The notes below the pieces were generated by a model. That model ran no database searches and was not told where the DNA came from. It worked only from the letters and a program-made list of their open reading frames with translations. From the NCBI GenBank assembly GCA_964385285.1, contig CAYLOJ010000002.1:67246-131245 (forward strand): a stretch of DNA of 64,000 nucleotides, given 5' to 3'. Position numbers and translations under genes: made by a program. Position 1 is the stretch's first letter. Each line of letters opens with the position of its first letter. This DNA comes from an uncultured Gammaproteobacteria bacterium. GTDB taxonomy: Bacteria > Patescibacteriota > Patescibacteriia > UBA9570. Below are positions 30,909 through 40,010 of this stretch, in pieces.

Positions 30909-32348
30909 TTACAAGGTGTAATATAGTTGGAATTCATGTGGATGTGGGCGTAAGCGCACTTCATCCATCTGATCCGTTTTCATCTTCATGAAGTTGGTCA
31001 GGAACTGATCCGTAAATACCCCGGTCTGAGTTAAGTAATCATGATCTTCTTCTAAGGCAGCGAAGGCTTCATTTAATGAAGATGGTACAAATTTTACTTT
31101 ACTCTTTTCAGCAGGGGAAAGGTCAAATAAGTTCATGTCCATGGGCTTGCCTGGATCCAGTTTACGTTTAATGCCGTCTAATCCAGCTAAGAGCATGGCA
31201 CTAAAGGCTAAGTAGGGGTTAGCAGCGGCATCACCTGAACGGAACTCAATACGTGTTCCAGCTGGGGTTTGATCGTAGATTGGAATACGCACGGCCGCCG
31301 AGCGGTTGCGCTTGGAGTAGGCCCGTACGACTGGAGCTTCATAACCAGGAGTCAAACGTTTGTAGGAGTTGGTGGTAGGCGCAGCAAAGGCGAGGATCGA
31401 TTTAGCATGGTGCAAAATACCAGCCATATAATGCATTCCTAACTCACTCATACCCGCATACCCTTTTTTGTCGTAGAAAAGTGGAGTGCCATTTTTCCAG
31501 AGCGATTGATGGCAGTGCATACCTGTACCATTATGACCAAAGAGTGGTTTAGGCATAAAGGTGACTGTTTTGCCACAGCGAGCGGCGACATTACGGACAA
31601 TATACTTATAGAGCATCACTTGGTCGGCCTGTTTAACCATGTCTTGAAACCGAATATTAATTTCCGCTTGGCCGGGAGCACCTACTTCATGATGATGGCG
31701 TTCTACGACAATACCGGCACGTTGTAGCTCTCGTACCATCTCACTGCGGAGATTATGGAATTGATCCATCGGTGGCACGGTAAAATAGCCACGTTGATTT
31801 GGCACGCGGAAACCTTGGTTACCACGTTCATACGGCGTTTTGTTATTCCAAACGCCTTCGGCAGAATCAATCGACAAGCTGGAATAGTGATCATTACTAC
31901 TGTATCGGACATCTTCAAAAATGAAGAACTCAATTTCTGGGCCAACATACATAGTATCCGCCAGTTTGGTTGAGCGCATATAATCCAGCGCTTTGCGAGC
32001 AATGTAGCGAGGATTATTATAGTATTCGTTCACCTGACCAGTAATCGGGTCCATCGGGTCGGCAATAATCGAAAGGGTAGGTACGGTGGTGAATGGATCG
32101 ACGAACGCTGTACTGGGATCAGGGATCATGACTAAATCGCTTTCTACGATGGTCTGAAAGCCGGGGATACTAGAGCCGTCAAACGCCACACCTTTTTCAA
32201 AGACCGATGGCGTAAACATATCCATGGTCAATGTAACCGAACGCCAGCGACCTTCTAGGTCAGTAAACTTTACATCAACCATCTCAATTTTGTTTTTTTT
32301 GCACAGTGCCAGCAGTTTAGTAACGGCTGCTGAAGACGATTGACTCAT
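30909..32348 (-). CDS. glnA: Glutamine synthetase type I
   Basis: FDGSSI, GPEIEFF, HHHEV, FMPKP, NSYKRL.PGYEAP, NRSAAVRIP. Confidence 0.97.
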   Translation of the reverse strand: MSQSSSAAVTKLLALCKKNKIEMVDVKFTDLEGRWRSVTLTMDMFTPSVFEKGVAFDGSSIPGFQTIVESDLVMIPDPSTAFVDPFTTVPTLSIIADPMDPITGQVNEYYNNPRYIARKALDYMRSTKLADTMYVGPEIEFFIFEDVRYSSNDHYSSLSIDSAEGVWNNKTPYERGNQGFRVPNQRGYFTVPPMDQFHNLRSEMVRELQRAGIVVERHHHEVGAPGQAEINIRFQDMVKQADQVMLYKYIVRNVAARCGKTVTFMPKPLFGHNGTGMHCHQSLWKNGTPLFYDKKGYAGMSELGMHYMAGILHHAKSILAFAAPTTNSYKRLTPGYEAPVVRAYSKRNRSAAVRIPIYDQTPAGTRIEFRSGDAAANPYLAFSAMLLAGLDGIKRKLDPGKPMDMNLFDLSPAEKSKVKFVPSSLNEAFAALEEDHDYLTQTGVFTDQFLTNFMKMKTDQMDEVRLRPHPHEFQLYYTL

Positions 32349-32389
32349 AGGGGATGAAGCCTAAGTAGTTAGATTAAAGACGCATAAAG

Positions 32390-32469
32390 AAAAAAATCTC
32401 CTGCCCGCATCATGCGAGACAGAAGACACCAGTGTCTTTGGGTGTACGACGTTGTACGAGATTAGTATA
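32390..32469 (-). promoter_or_regulatory. glnA leader: ANTAR-type hairpin plus attenuating terminator
   Basis: TATACT -10 (32469-32464); GTAC-AACGTC-GTAC hexaloop hairpin (32457-32444); second AAAGAC element; terminator TCTTCTGTC..GGCAGGAGA-T7 (32426-32390). Confidence 0.75.
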
Positions 32470-32474
32470 GCAGC

Positions 32475-33158
32475 CTATAACGATAGTGCAAGCATGATCG
32501 CTTCCGCCACCTCTTTCATCGTTTTTTTGGTATCCATCGATTTTTTTCGGATCAAACTATAGGCAGCATCTTCAGTGATTTGTTGTTGTTTCATCAATAG
32601 CCCTTTGGCCTTTTCAATCACTTTACGTGTTTCTAACGCTTCCTTCAGCATGCGCGTTTCTGAGAGCAGTTTGGCATTAGAAATAGCCCCACCTACTTGA
32701 GTGGCGATGGTGCGCAATAAGGAAAGGTCTGTTTCACTATGCTGTCGTTTTTTGCGGTGCTGCACATTAATGACGCCCACTAATTCATCTTTAAAGGTAA
32801 TGGGGATGGATACGAAGGCTTCCCAACGATCTTCATCGACATCTAAGTGCGGAATAAATTTATAGCGGCTATCTTGGTACGATCGCTCCGTCAACGCGAC
32901 CAGTTTGCGTTGTTGTGCTACCCAACCCGTAATGCCTTCACCATAATGCATCGCTACTTTGTTGATCATTTTAGGATGCGGAATTTTGGAAGCCTTCAGA
33001 ATGAGATGATCATCTTGTGCAAGATAAATTAAGCAGGAGTCCGCCTTCATTGTTTCAGACACAAGGTCAACCACTTGCGTTAATACCTCGTCTAAATTTA
33101 AATTGTAACTGATGGTTTCAGTGATCCGTTCTAACAGTTGCAATTGTTGTTTGAGCAT
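32475..33158 (-). CDS. GAF-ANTAR RNA-binding antiterminator
   Basis: GEGITGWVA GAF domain; LETRKVIEKAKGLLM...AY..IRKKSMD...M.EVA ANTAR domain. Confidence 0.94.
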   Translation of the reverse strand: MLKQQLQLLERITETISYNLNLDEVLTQVVDLVSETMKADSCLIYLAQDDHLILKASKIPHPKMINKVAMHYGEGITGWVAQQRKLVALTERSYQDSRYKFIPHLDVDEDRWEAFVSIPITFKDELVGVINVQHRKKRQHSETDLSLLRTIATQVGGAISNAKLLSETRMLKEALETRKVIEKAKGLLMKQQQITEDAAYSLIRKKSMDTKKTMKEVAEAIMLALSL

Positions 33159-33206
33159 GGCGCTATCGTAACCTATTTATCTTGAATACTCAAGGCTGGA
33201 AATATG

Positions 33207-33860
33207 CTAAAACTGGCTAGCCAATAGCGGATGATCGAGCTCACTCCAGCGGCCCTGAGCAGCAATTTTGCCCTCTTCTAAAATCATTGCCGTATCACTC
33301 AAATAACGTGCCTCCGGAAGATCGTGTGTAACATACAACACAGTGAGTTGCTGTGTAGTGACGATCGTTTTGAACCACCGTACCAACTCAACCCGCGTAA
33401 TGCTATCGAGAGCCGAAAATGGCTCGTCACACAATAATAATTGCGGTTGATAACTGAGTACACGTGCTAACATGGCGCGTCGCTGTTCACCTCCACTGAC
33501 CGCATTAGGATAACGGTTGGCTAGATGAGTGAGGTGACAGTGCTCGAGCAGTGCTTTGGTCCGCTGCTGTTGAACGGTTTTGGGCAGATGTCGGATACGC
33601 AGTGGGTAGGCGATATTTTCACTGATGGTGAATTGAGGGAATAAGGTAAGGTGTTGTTCTAAGTAACCGACTTGATTTGCAGTGTAGCCAGCGATGCTGC
33701 CCGTGTAAGATTCTAATCCGGCGACACAACGTAATAAACTGGTTTTTCCAGAACCAGACCGGCCTAAGATGCTATGGATACCAGGTGATAACGCAAAACT
33801 AAGATCATTTAAAATGGGATGGGGACCGTAGAAAAATTTAAGATTGGCGACGGTGAGCAT
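33207..33860 (-). CDS. thiQ: Thiamine ABC transporter ATPase
   Basis: GRSGSGKT, VSGGEQRR, DEPFSALD; in operon under TPP riboswitch. Confidence 0.8.
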   Translation of the reverse strand: MLTVANLKFFYGPHPILNDLSFALSPGIHSILGRSGSGKTSLLRCVAGLESYTGSIAGYTANQVGYLEQHLTLFPQFTISENIAYPLRIRHLPKTVQQQRTKALLEHCHLTHLANRYPNAVSGGEQRRAMLARVLSYQPQLLLCDEPFSALDSITRVELVRWFKTIVTTQQLTVLYVTHDLPEARYLSDTAMILEEGKIAAQGRWSELDHPLLASQF

Positions 33861-35217
33861 ACGCAGAGTAATGAATGATCAGTTGTAAGAGGAAGAGTAC
33901 TATGAGTAGCGTGATCAGTGCCAGACCACCCACTTGATAGCGGTAGCTGCCAAACAGACTGTAAGTGACTTGCATGGCAGTAGGTTGTGCATTGGGAGTC
34001 AACAGACTAGCTAGGGCAATATCGCCCAGGACCAACACCACGCCGATCGATAATAATTGACGCATGGCCGGCCATAACCACCGCCACTCCAGGTGAAGCT
34101 GCTGCCATCGATTTGCACCTAATATTTTGGCGGTTTCCAGTAAAGCGGGCGGTAGTTGACTATATCCACTGTGAACAAGATAACTGCCAAGTGGAAGTAA
34201 GCTGATACAGAGCGCGGCTGCTAGACTACTTAAACCTTGTCCAAAGTAAGTGAGCCACAGGGCAGCAACGGTGACGGGAGAGAGTGTCAGCAATAGAAGT
34301 GTCCAGTTACGCGCTCTTCTCAGCAGTACGCTGAGGATAATGCTTATGCTTAATACTACGAGCATTAGCAGTAAACTGCGCAGTAAACTTTCACCAAACT
34401 GACTGCGCCACAGAGTTTCTATAGTTGTAGTGCTAGTGTGCAGAGCGATGTGTGTGATTAGGCTAAGTAGTGGCGCCAGGAGAGCTAGTGTGGCCAACCA
34501 ACGCAGGAGCATTACACTGTGGATTGGACGCAGAGTACTGGGCACAAAGTGTTGTGTAGGTGTGGGTAGGGAGCGTATTACGATGAGGATAGGTAATACA
34601 AAGATCAAGGTTTGTACAATCGCCACACCTAAGGCTAATTCGGGTTGATGCAATAGTTTAATCTGTTCGTAAAGCCAGACCTCAACTGTTTTCGCAGTGC
34701 TGCCACCGAGTTGCAGCGGTAGGGTAAAACTGGTCCAGCAATAGAGAAAGATTACTGCGCCTATCCCTAGGACGGTACCTTTTAATTGTGGCCACCAAAT
34801 GGTCTGCATGATCTGCCAGCGAGAGGCACCTAAAAGGCGCGCGGCCTCCTCGGTGTGCTGTGATAGGCGTGCCAAGGTCGCGTGGGTGGCTAAATAAGCC
34901 AATGGAATATTATAGTAAAGATGGGCCAAAACGACTGCCGATGGGCGATAGAGTAATTGAATTGGGGGTAAGTGCAACGCATGCAGCAGTGTATTTAGAT
35001 CACCGGCTTGACCGAACAGTTGAACAAAACCGGTACTCACGAGTAATGGTGGTAAAAATACTGGCAGGGTACAGAGTGCCGACCACCAGCGCGGGGTGAT
35101 AGCTTGGTAACGCCGCTCCAGTAATGCAAAGCCTGAACCCAGTAGTAGGCTTACCGCGGTGACAATACTACTTTGCCAGAGCGTGAACTTTACTATTGGC
35201 CAAAGATCCCATTCCAT
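33838..35217 (-). CDS. thiP: Thiamine ABC transporter permease
   Basis: Duplicated EAA motifs (EEAARLLGAS, ETAKILGAN); LAHLYYNIPL. Confidence 0.85.
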   Translation of the reverse strand: MEWDLWPIVKFTLWQSSIVTAVSLLLGSGFALLERRYQAITPRWWSALCTLPVFLPPLLVSTGFVQLFGQAGDLNTLLHALHLPPIQLLYRPSAVVLAHLYYNIPLAYLATHATLARLSQHTEEAARLLGASRWQIMQTIWWPQLKGTVLGIGAVIFLYCWTSFTLPLQLGGSTAKTVEVWLYEQIKLLHQPELALGVAIVQTLIFVLPILIVIRSLPTPTQHFVPSTLRPIHSVMLLRWLATLALLAPLLSLITHIALHTSTTTIETLWRSQFGESLLRSLLLMLVVLSISIILSVLLRRARNWTLLLLTLSPVTVAALWLTYFGQGLSSLAAALCISLLPLGSYLVHSGYSQLPPALLETAKILGANRWQQLHLEWRWLWPAMRQLLSIGVVLVLGDIALASLLTPNAQPTAMQVTYSLFGSYRYQVGGLALITLLIVLFLLQLIIHYSAYAHRRQS

Positions 35218-36161
35218 TGATTTAACCAAGTGGTGTAATTACTATTGATTTGCAGATCAGTCAGTGATCGTAACTGATCCGGTGTTGGCTGAATCAGTTG
35301 ATCATACGCCGCTGGCACTGTCGCGTCTTCTTGAATAGGGAACATCCACTGTGTGGTGGCAATTTGATTCTGCACGGAATCGGTCAGTAGATAATAGATA
35401 AACTGTTGTGCAAGCGTGGTGTGATCATCACGCGTGATCGCCACATACTCGGTTTGCTTAAGATAACCATCACTAATCGGTACGGCTCGATAACGATCTG
35501 TCCCTTCTTGATCAAGGTGATACGCTGGGCTAGTGACATAACTTAACACAATCGGTGCTTCTCCATTTAAGAAGAGGGAATAGTATGCGGTGTTCCAATC
35601 TGGAGTTACGGTGAGTACTTGTTGGTGTAATGCCTGCCAAAACTCAGTCGTATCATCGCCAAATACTGCCTGACTCCATAGCAATAACTGTGTGCCCGGA
35701 GAGGACAATCCCGGTTGTTCAATAATAATTTTATTTTTGTATGCAGGGTCTTGCACTAAGGCCTCTAAACTGATCGGTTGATCAAATTGAATCGCTTCAC
35801 TGTCATAGACAAAATCCACATAGCTGTAATCGAACGCAGTGGAATCGTAAAATAGTCCGCGGTTATCAAAGCGGGCTAAATCCGTATTATCCATCCCCAA
35901 CACAAGGTCTGCCTGTGGATCGGATTGTTCAGACACAAGCTGATTCATCATCGCGCCAGTGTCAGGGAAACTGACAATGTTTAGTTTCACGTTATTCGCA
36001 GTTTCAAATTCGGGTTGAATTTTGGGAAGTAGACCGTAGTCTGCCGCCAAACTATCATAGGTATATATAGTCAGTGTGGCCGGCGCATTGATAGGCGTTG
36101 TGCTAGTTTGAGTACAGCCTGTGAGGGCAATTAAACTGCAAATGATGAGTAGTTTTTTCAT
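35193..36161 (-). CDS. thiB: Thiamine ABC transporter substrate-binding lipoprotein
   Basis: Lipobox LTGC; IYTYDS, SSPG, LSYVTSPAYH, QWMFP. Confidence 0.9.
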   Translation of the reverse strand: MKKLLIICSLIALTGCTQTSTTPINAPATLTIYTYDSLAADYGLLPKIQPEFETANNVKLNIVSFPDTGAMMNQLVSEQSDPQADLVLGMDNTDLARFDNRGLFYDSTAFDYSYVDFVYDSEAIQFDQPISLEALVQDPAYKNKIIIEQPGLSSPGTQLLLWSQAVFGDDTTEFWQALHQQVLTVTPDWNTAYYSLFLNGEAPIVLSYVTSPAYHLDQEGTDRYRAVPISDGYLKQTEYVAITRDDHTTLAQQFIYYLLTDSVQNQIATTQWMFPIQEDATVPAAYDQLIQPTPDQLRSLTDLQINSNYTTWLNQWNGIFGQ

Positions 36162-36172
36162 AGGTATTAAAT

Positions 36173-36196
36173 AAAAAATTCCCTTAAATAGGGAAT
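36173..36196 (-). terminator. Terminator of TPP riboswitch expression platform
   Basis: ATTCCCT-attta-AGGGAAT plus T-run just before the thiB start. Confidence 0.7.
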
Positions 36197-36212
36197 ACAA
36201 CAAGCAGATACT

Positions 36213-36300
36213 CGCTGTGATTCCCTTCGCTGGCATTACCCAGATCAGGTGTAAAGGATATCTCTCAGCCCAGCAGTTGCATGGGCACTCCTATACAGCG
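36213..36300 (-). ncRNA. TPP riboswitch
   Basis: Minus strand: GGAGTGC...GCTGAGA...ACCTGATCTGGGTAATGCCAGCGAAGGGAA; P1 CGCTGT/ACAGCG; upstream of thiBPQ. Confidence 0.93.
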
Positions 36301-37394
36301 GTGTTACTATAGCGAGCGGATTGTTCCTTGGCAAGTTTGGTTTCCAATTGATCCTTGCCACGAGCAATACGGACACGGACCGTATTTTCAGGTTCCTGAT
36401 TTTCTTTGGCAATTTGCGAACCATTCAATCCATCCACCAGATGGCGCAATAGGGTTGTGCGTGTGGCGGCATGATCTAACGACTGAATCAACTGAACTGC
36501 AGCAGATCGATCTGTTCGGATAAGCGTATCTAATCGTGGAGTAATGCTATGCAGTTCGGGAATCTCCCCACCCATGTGTTCTGCCAAGATCCGACGATAG
36601 CGTGATAATAATAAACCAACTGCGTTTGGACTACGCTGCAGTTGGGTTGCAATTTCTTTGATCGGTAAATTATCAATTAATTGCAGGCGCAGTGCTTCAG
36701 CAGCGGTGGCGTTTGGAAGATCACGAATGGCTTGTTCCAAAGCCAAACGATCACCGGTTTGGGCATCGACTGCTGCAGGGCTCAAGACGGTATCTGCCTC
36801 CGTCACTAATGTTTGTAGTCGCAAACGGGCGCGGCGGACGATGGTACGGACAGTAGCCACTGGCACACCTTGTTCAGTGGCAATTTCATCTGCCGTTTTT
36901 TCATGCAGGTAATACGCATCAATCATCGCTATTTTTTGCGGCGTCAATTCATTGGCTAACTGCTGGCGGGCACGCTGATACGCCTGGAGTTCTTCATGCG
37001 TGATTAATGCATCCACGGTAGTGATCTCATCGGCAGTTAAGTTTACGAGGGCATCTGGATCGCTCGAAGCATTGCGGGGGGATTTTATGTGATCCAGGGC
37101 GAGGCGTTTACTGATGGTCGTCAGTAAACCAGGTACGTTACTATCGACCTTTAACTGTGTACGGCGTTCCCAGACCTTTTGAAAGGTTTGTTGTTTGATC
37201 TCATCTGCTATTTCAGTGCGTTTCACGATACCTAAAGCTGTGCGCCAAACGATCGCTGAGTAGCGTTCATAAAGGCGATCAAAAGCCGTCTGGGCAATAC
37301 TCTCATCCGCATTTTGCAGAGCCAAGACTAGCGTTTGTAACTCTTCAGTCGGTAGAACCGTTGGACGTTCATTGGCATTACGAACCATGAGCAC
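36291..37394 (-). CDS. ECF-type sigma factor with three tandem sigma4 HTH domains
   Basis: Sigma2: AFDRLYERY...ADEIKQQTF.KVW. Three EIA...TV/AV...R modules follow. Confidence 0.8.
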   Translation of the reverse strand: MLMVRNANERPTVLPTEELQTLVLALQNADESIAQTAFDRLYERYSAIVWRTALGIVKRTEIADEIKQQTFQKVWERRTQLKVDSNVPGLLTTISKRLALDHIKSPRNASSDPDALVNLTADEITTVDALITHEELQAYQRARQQLANELTPQKIAMIDAYYLHEKTADEIATEQGVPVATVRTIVRRARLRLQTLVTEADTVLSPAAVDAQTGDRLALEQAIRDLPNATAAEALRLQLIDNLPIKEIATQLQRSPNAVGLLLSRYRRILAEHMGGEIPELHSITPRLDTLIRTDRSAAVQLIQSLDHAATRTTLLRHLVDGLNGSQIAKENQEPENTVRVRIARGKDQLETKLAKEQSARYSNTAV

Positions 37395-37454
37395 AGTGTA
37401 GTAAATAATTGATATCCTCTCAAGATATTCGTATGAATATCTGGATAGGACAGT

Positions 37455-37483
37455 GGGCGAGGGTACATGTGTACACCTCGCCC
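37455..37483 (-). terminator. 3' hairpin after high-GC Rossmann gene
   Basis: GGGCGAGG-GTAC..GTAC-CCTCGCCC. Confidence 0.55.
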
Positions 37484-37520
37484 CGACCTTCCCCGAAGGG
37501 ATGATCGTTCCTCCTGTCTT

Positions 37521-38960
37521 CTACAGGTACAGGCTGCCGGCGGAGAAGTCGCCGCGGCCGTGACCCTCCACAGTCGCGAGGGCGGCCCAGAACGAACCGG
37601 GGCGGATCAGCTCATCCCAGCTCAGCGGGAGGTGGGACCGCAGGAACTGCTTCGGATCTGCGGCCAGCAACTTGCGGGCCGCTTCCTGCCAACGCCCGAT
37701 GAGACGGGCGTGGCGCAAGTCCACGGCCCAGAGACGATTCGAGTCGTCCACCGGAAGGTCCACCCGACGGATCTGCTCGGTGATCTCTTCCACCGACACC
37801 TGCGTGGCATCGCCGAGGCGGGCCGGGCAGAAGAAGTGGTCGGTGACCACGGGAATTCCCAGGCCGGGCAGATTGACGCTGAGCATGTTCGTGATGTCGC
37901 CATGCTGCGAGACCTTCAGGTCGTCCGCGATGCCGGCAGCGAGCGTGCGGGGCGTGAAGCCCAGCAAGCGCGCTACCAACAGTTCCCAGAGCTCCACCGT
38001 GAGGTAGGGGCCCAGGTTGCTGAACGCCACCGAGTGGACCTGATTCACTTCCGAGAGCTTCGTCATCTCCTTCACCAGGCGCTGACGCTGGCCGTAGGAG
38101 GTGGGCTCCGGGTGGAGATCGGACTGGATGTACGTGCCACTCCGAACGAAGAGGCGCATCATCATCTCGATGGCGGCGCCAGCCACGGCTTCCGCCGAGA
38201 CGACCTCCATCATCCCAATGCAGGTGATCGCGATCGTCTCTTCGAGGCCGAACTGGCCGTTCTCGCCACAGCGCACGCCGACTCCGGTGTACTCGCCGTC
38301 CAGCTGGAAGGCGACCGGGTGCAGCGCGTGCTTCGGCAAGAACTGGCTGAAGGCCATCTGCGGAACGGCGTTCCCGACCGTGATCGGACCGTGGAACGGA
38401 GTTTCGAAGCCGATCATCCCGCGGGGGACGACCCGCCCGACACGCCGACCAGGCGTCCGGCCGAGCAGGTCGAGCTGCCCGCCGTGCACCGAGGCGGCGA
38501 GGTTCTTGCGGATGAGACCGGGTGCGATGTCCCCGTTGCTTGCCTCGTTGTGGGTGAAGCCGAGATTCATCCCCATGCCGCCGGTGGCCACCGTGCCGAT
38601 GTCGATCCAGGGGATCCCGGACCGCACGATCGGCTCGATGACACCGAAGACGTAGTCGATGACGTACTTGGCGATGTCACCCTGCTTGGAGGCAAGGCTT
38701 GCGATGTTCACGCTGTCGATGATGGCGATCGGCGTGAACCGGGCCACCAGCTTCTGCATGAACTGGGGGTTGAAGACGTCCACCTCCGGACCCGTGACGT
38801 ACTCGACGCCGGGGAGCGGGATGGGGTGGGGCCGACGGTCGACCACCACCGGCTTGAACGGAGACTCAGTGACCCCCGGGAAGGAAACGGCCTGGAGCTC
38901 ACGCACGATGGCGTGACCAACCAGACCGGCACCTCCGAGGATCAGAACGGTTCCGAGCAT
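37521..38960 (-). CDS. High-GC NAD(P)-binding Rossmann-fold protein
   Basis: True start MLGTVLILGGAGLVG after GGAGG SD; TGGMG and GENG motifs. Confidence 0.75.
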   Translation of the reverse strand: MLGTVLILGGAGLVGHAIVRELQAVSFPGVTESPFKPVVVDRRPHPIPLPGVEYVTGPEVDVFNPQFMQKLVARFTPIAIIDSVNIASLASKQGDIAKYVIDYVFGVIEPIVRSGIPWIDIGTVATGGMGMNLGFTHNEASNGDIAPGLIRKNLAASVHGGQLDLLGRTPGRRVGRVVPRGMIGFETPFHGPITVGNAVPQMAFSQFLPKHALHPVAFQLDGEYTGVGVRCGENGQFGLEETIAITCIGMMEVVSAEAVAGAAIEMMMRLFVRSGTYIQSDLHPEPTSYGQRQRLVKEMTKLSEVNQVHSVAFSNLGPYLTVELWELLVARLLGFTPRTLAAGIADDLKVSQHGDITNMLSVNLPGLGIPVVTDHFFCPARLGDATQVSVEEITEQIRRVDLPVDDSNRLWAVDLRHARLIGRWQEAARKLLAADPKQFLRSHLPLSWDELIRPGSFWAALATVEGHGRGDFSAGSLYL

Positions 38961-38964
38961 GGAA

Positions 38965-39052
38965 CCTCCCTTACTCTGGATTGTTGATGAACACACGCAG
39001 ATCAAAGGCATCTGCGCGGGAACATTCTGCTGATTTAGTTGTAATGTGTCAA
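38965..39052 (-). promoter_or_regulatory. Promoter, hairpin, boxA-like motif and SD
   Basis: TTGACA(39052-47)-17-CAGAAT(39029-24); CGCAGAT/ATCTGCG hairpin; TGTTCATCAACAA; GGAGG. Confidence 0.65.
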
Positions 39053-39067
39053 GGGCAAATGATGCGT

Positions 39068-39934
39068 CTATTTCTGACACTGTGGACAATAATGGGTGCC
39101 CCGACCTGCGCAACGGGTTTTCTTGATGATGGCTTTGCACCGACTGCACGGTTCACCATCACGATCGTAGACTTTGCGTTTATTCCAGTAGGATCCAGTT
39201 TTACCATCCACTCGGTAGTAATGACTAAAACTAGTGCCACCTAATTGGATGGCTTCTTTCAAAATATCTCGACTCGCTGTAAACACGGCTTTACGTTCCG
39301 TAGCAGTGAGTGTGCCAACTCGGCGCATCGGTTTTACTTTGGCTTGCCAGCAGATATCATCGGCATAAATATTTCCGATACCAGCGATTGCTTGCTGGTT
39401 TAAGAGTACGGCTTTCAAACTCGTATTTTTCCGACGGCGTAAAGTGTTTTCAAAATAGTCTAAGGTAAAGGTCTTTTGAATGGGTTCAATTCCAAGATCT
39501 TTGGAGATAAAATACTGTTCAATGTCAGAAGAAGAATATAGTTCTACATAACCAAATTTCCGCATGTCATTAAAAAAGAGTTTACTCTTATCACTCAGAG
39601 TGAATTCAACTCGCGTATGGTGATTTGGTAGGTTGGTTTGTTCTTTACCCATGGTGTGCCCACCTAAAAATTTGGGCTGTTTGTCTTGATATAGCAACTG
39701 ACCAGTCATTTTGAGGTGAATCACAAAACCGTAACCAGACTTTAAATTGATTACCAGCCATTTGGCTTTGCGCTCCACACTGACAATCTTTTTAACTAAG
39801 ACAAATCTCTTAATTTCAGCTGGTGTACCCTTAAATTTTTTCTTTTCGTAAACTTTAAGATTCGTGATCGTTTTACCAACAACGTATTTTCTTAGGCCAC
39901 GGGCAACTGTTTCTACTTCTGGTAATTCTGGCAT
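39068..39934 (-). CDS. mutM: Formamidopyrimidine-DNA glycosylase
   Basis: MPELPEVET, HLKMTG, GIGNIYADD, C-terminal Zn finger. Confidence 0.97.
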   Translation of the reverse strand: MPELPEVETVARGLRKYVVGKTITNLKVYEKKKFKGTPAEIKRFVLVKKIVSVERKAKWLVINLKSGYGFVIHLKMTGQLLYQDKQPKFLGGHTMGKEQTNLPNHHTRVEFTLSDKSKLFFNDMRKFGYVELYSSSDIEQYFISKDLGIEPIQKTFTLDYFENTLRRRKNTSLKAVLLNQQAIAGIGNIYADDICWQAKVKPMRRVGTLTATERKAVFTASRDILKEAIQLGGTSFSHYYRVDGKTGSYWNKRKVYDRDGEPCSRCKAIIKKTRCAGRGTHYCPQCQK

Positions 39935-40010
39935 CAAAAAAGTATAGCATAGAAATGACAAAGCCCAGGTCCTCCACGGCTGGGCTTGTCCTCCTTGAGT
40001 TGTGGTTGTT

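Noticed and set aside
37467-38987. 506-aa plus-strand ORF antisense to the Rossmann gene
   Set aside because: Shadow ORF expected from high GC3 on the opposite strand; no motifs, while the minus strand has the SD, promoter and Rossmann motif.
38961-39149. Longer starts for ORFs 37521..39149, 39068..40048, 40011..41042 and 35193..36236
   Set aside because: Extensions run through promoters, hairpins or the riboswitch; internal ATGs fit SDs or conserved N-termini (e.g. MPELPEV).
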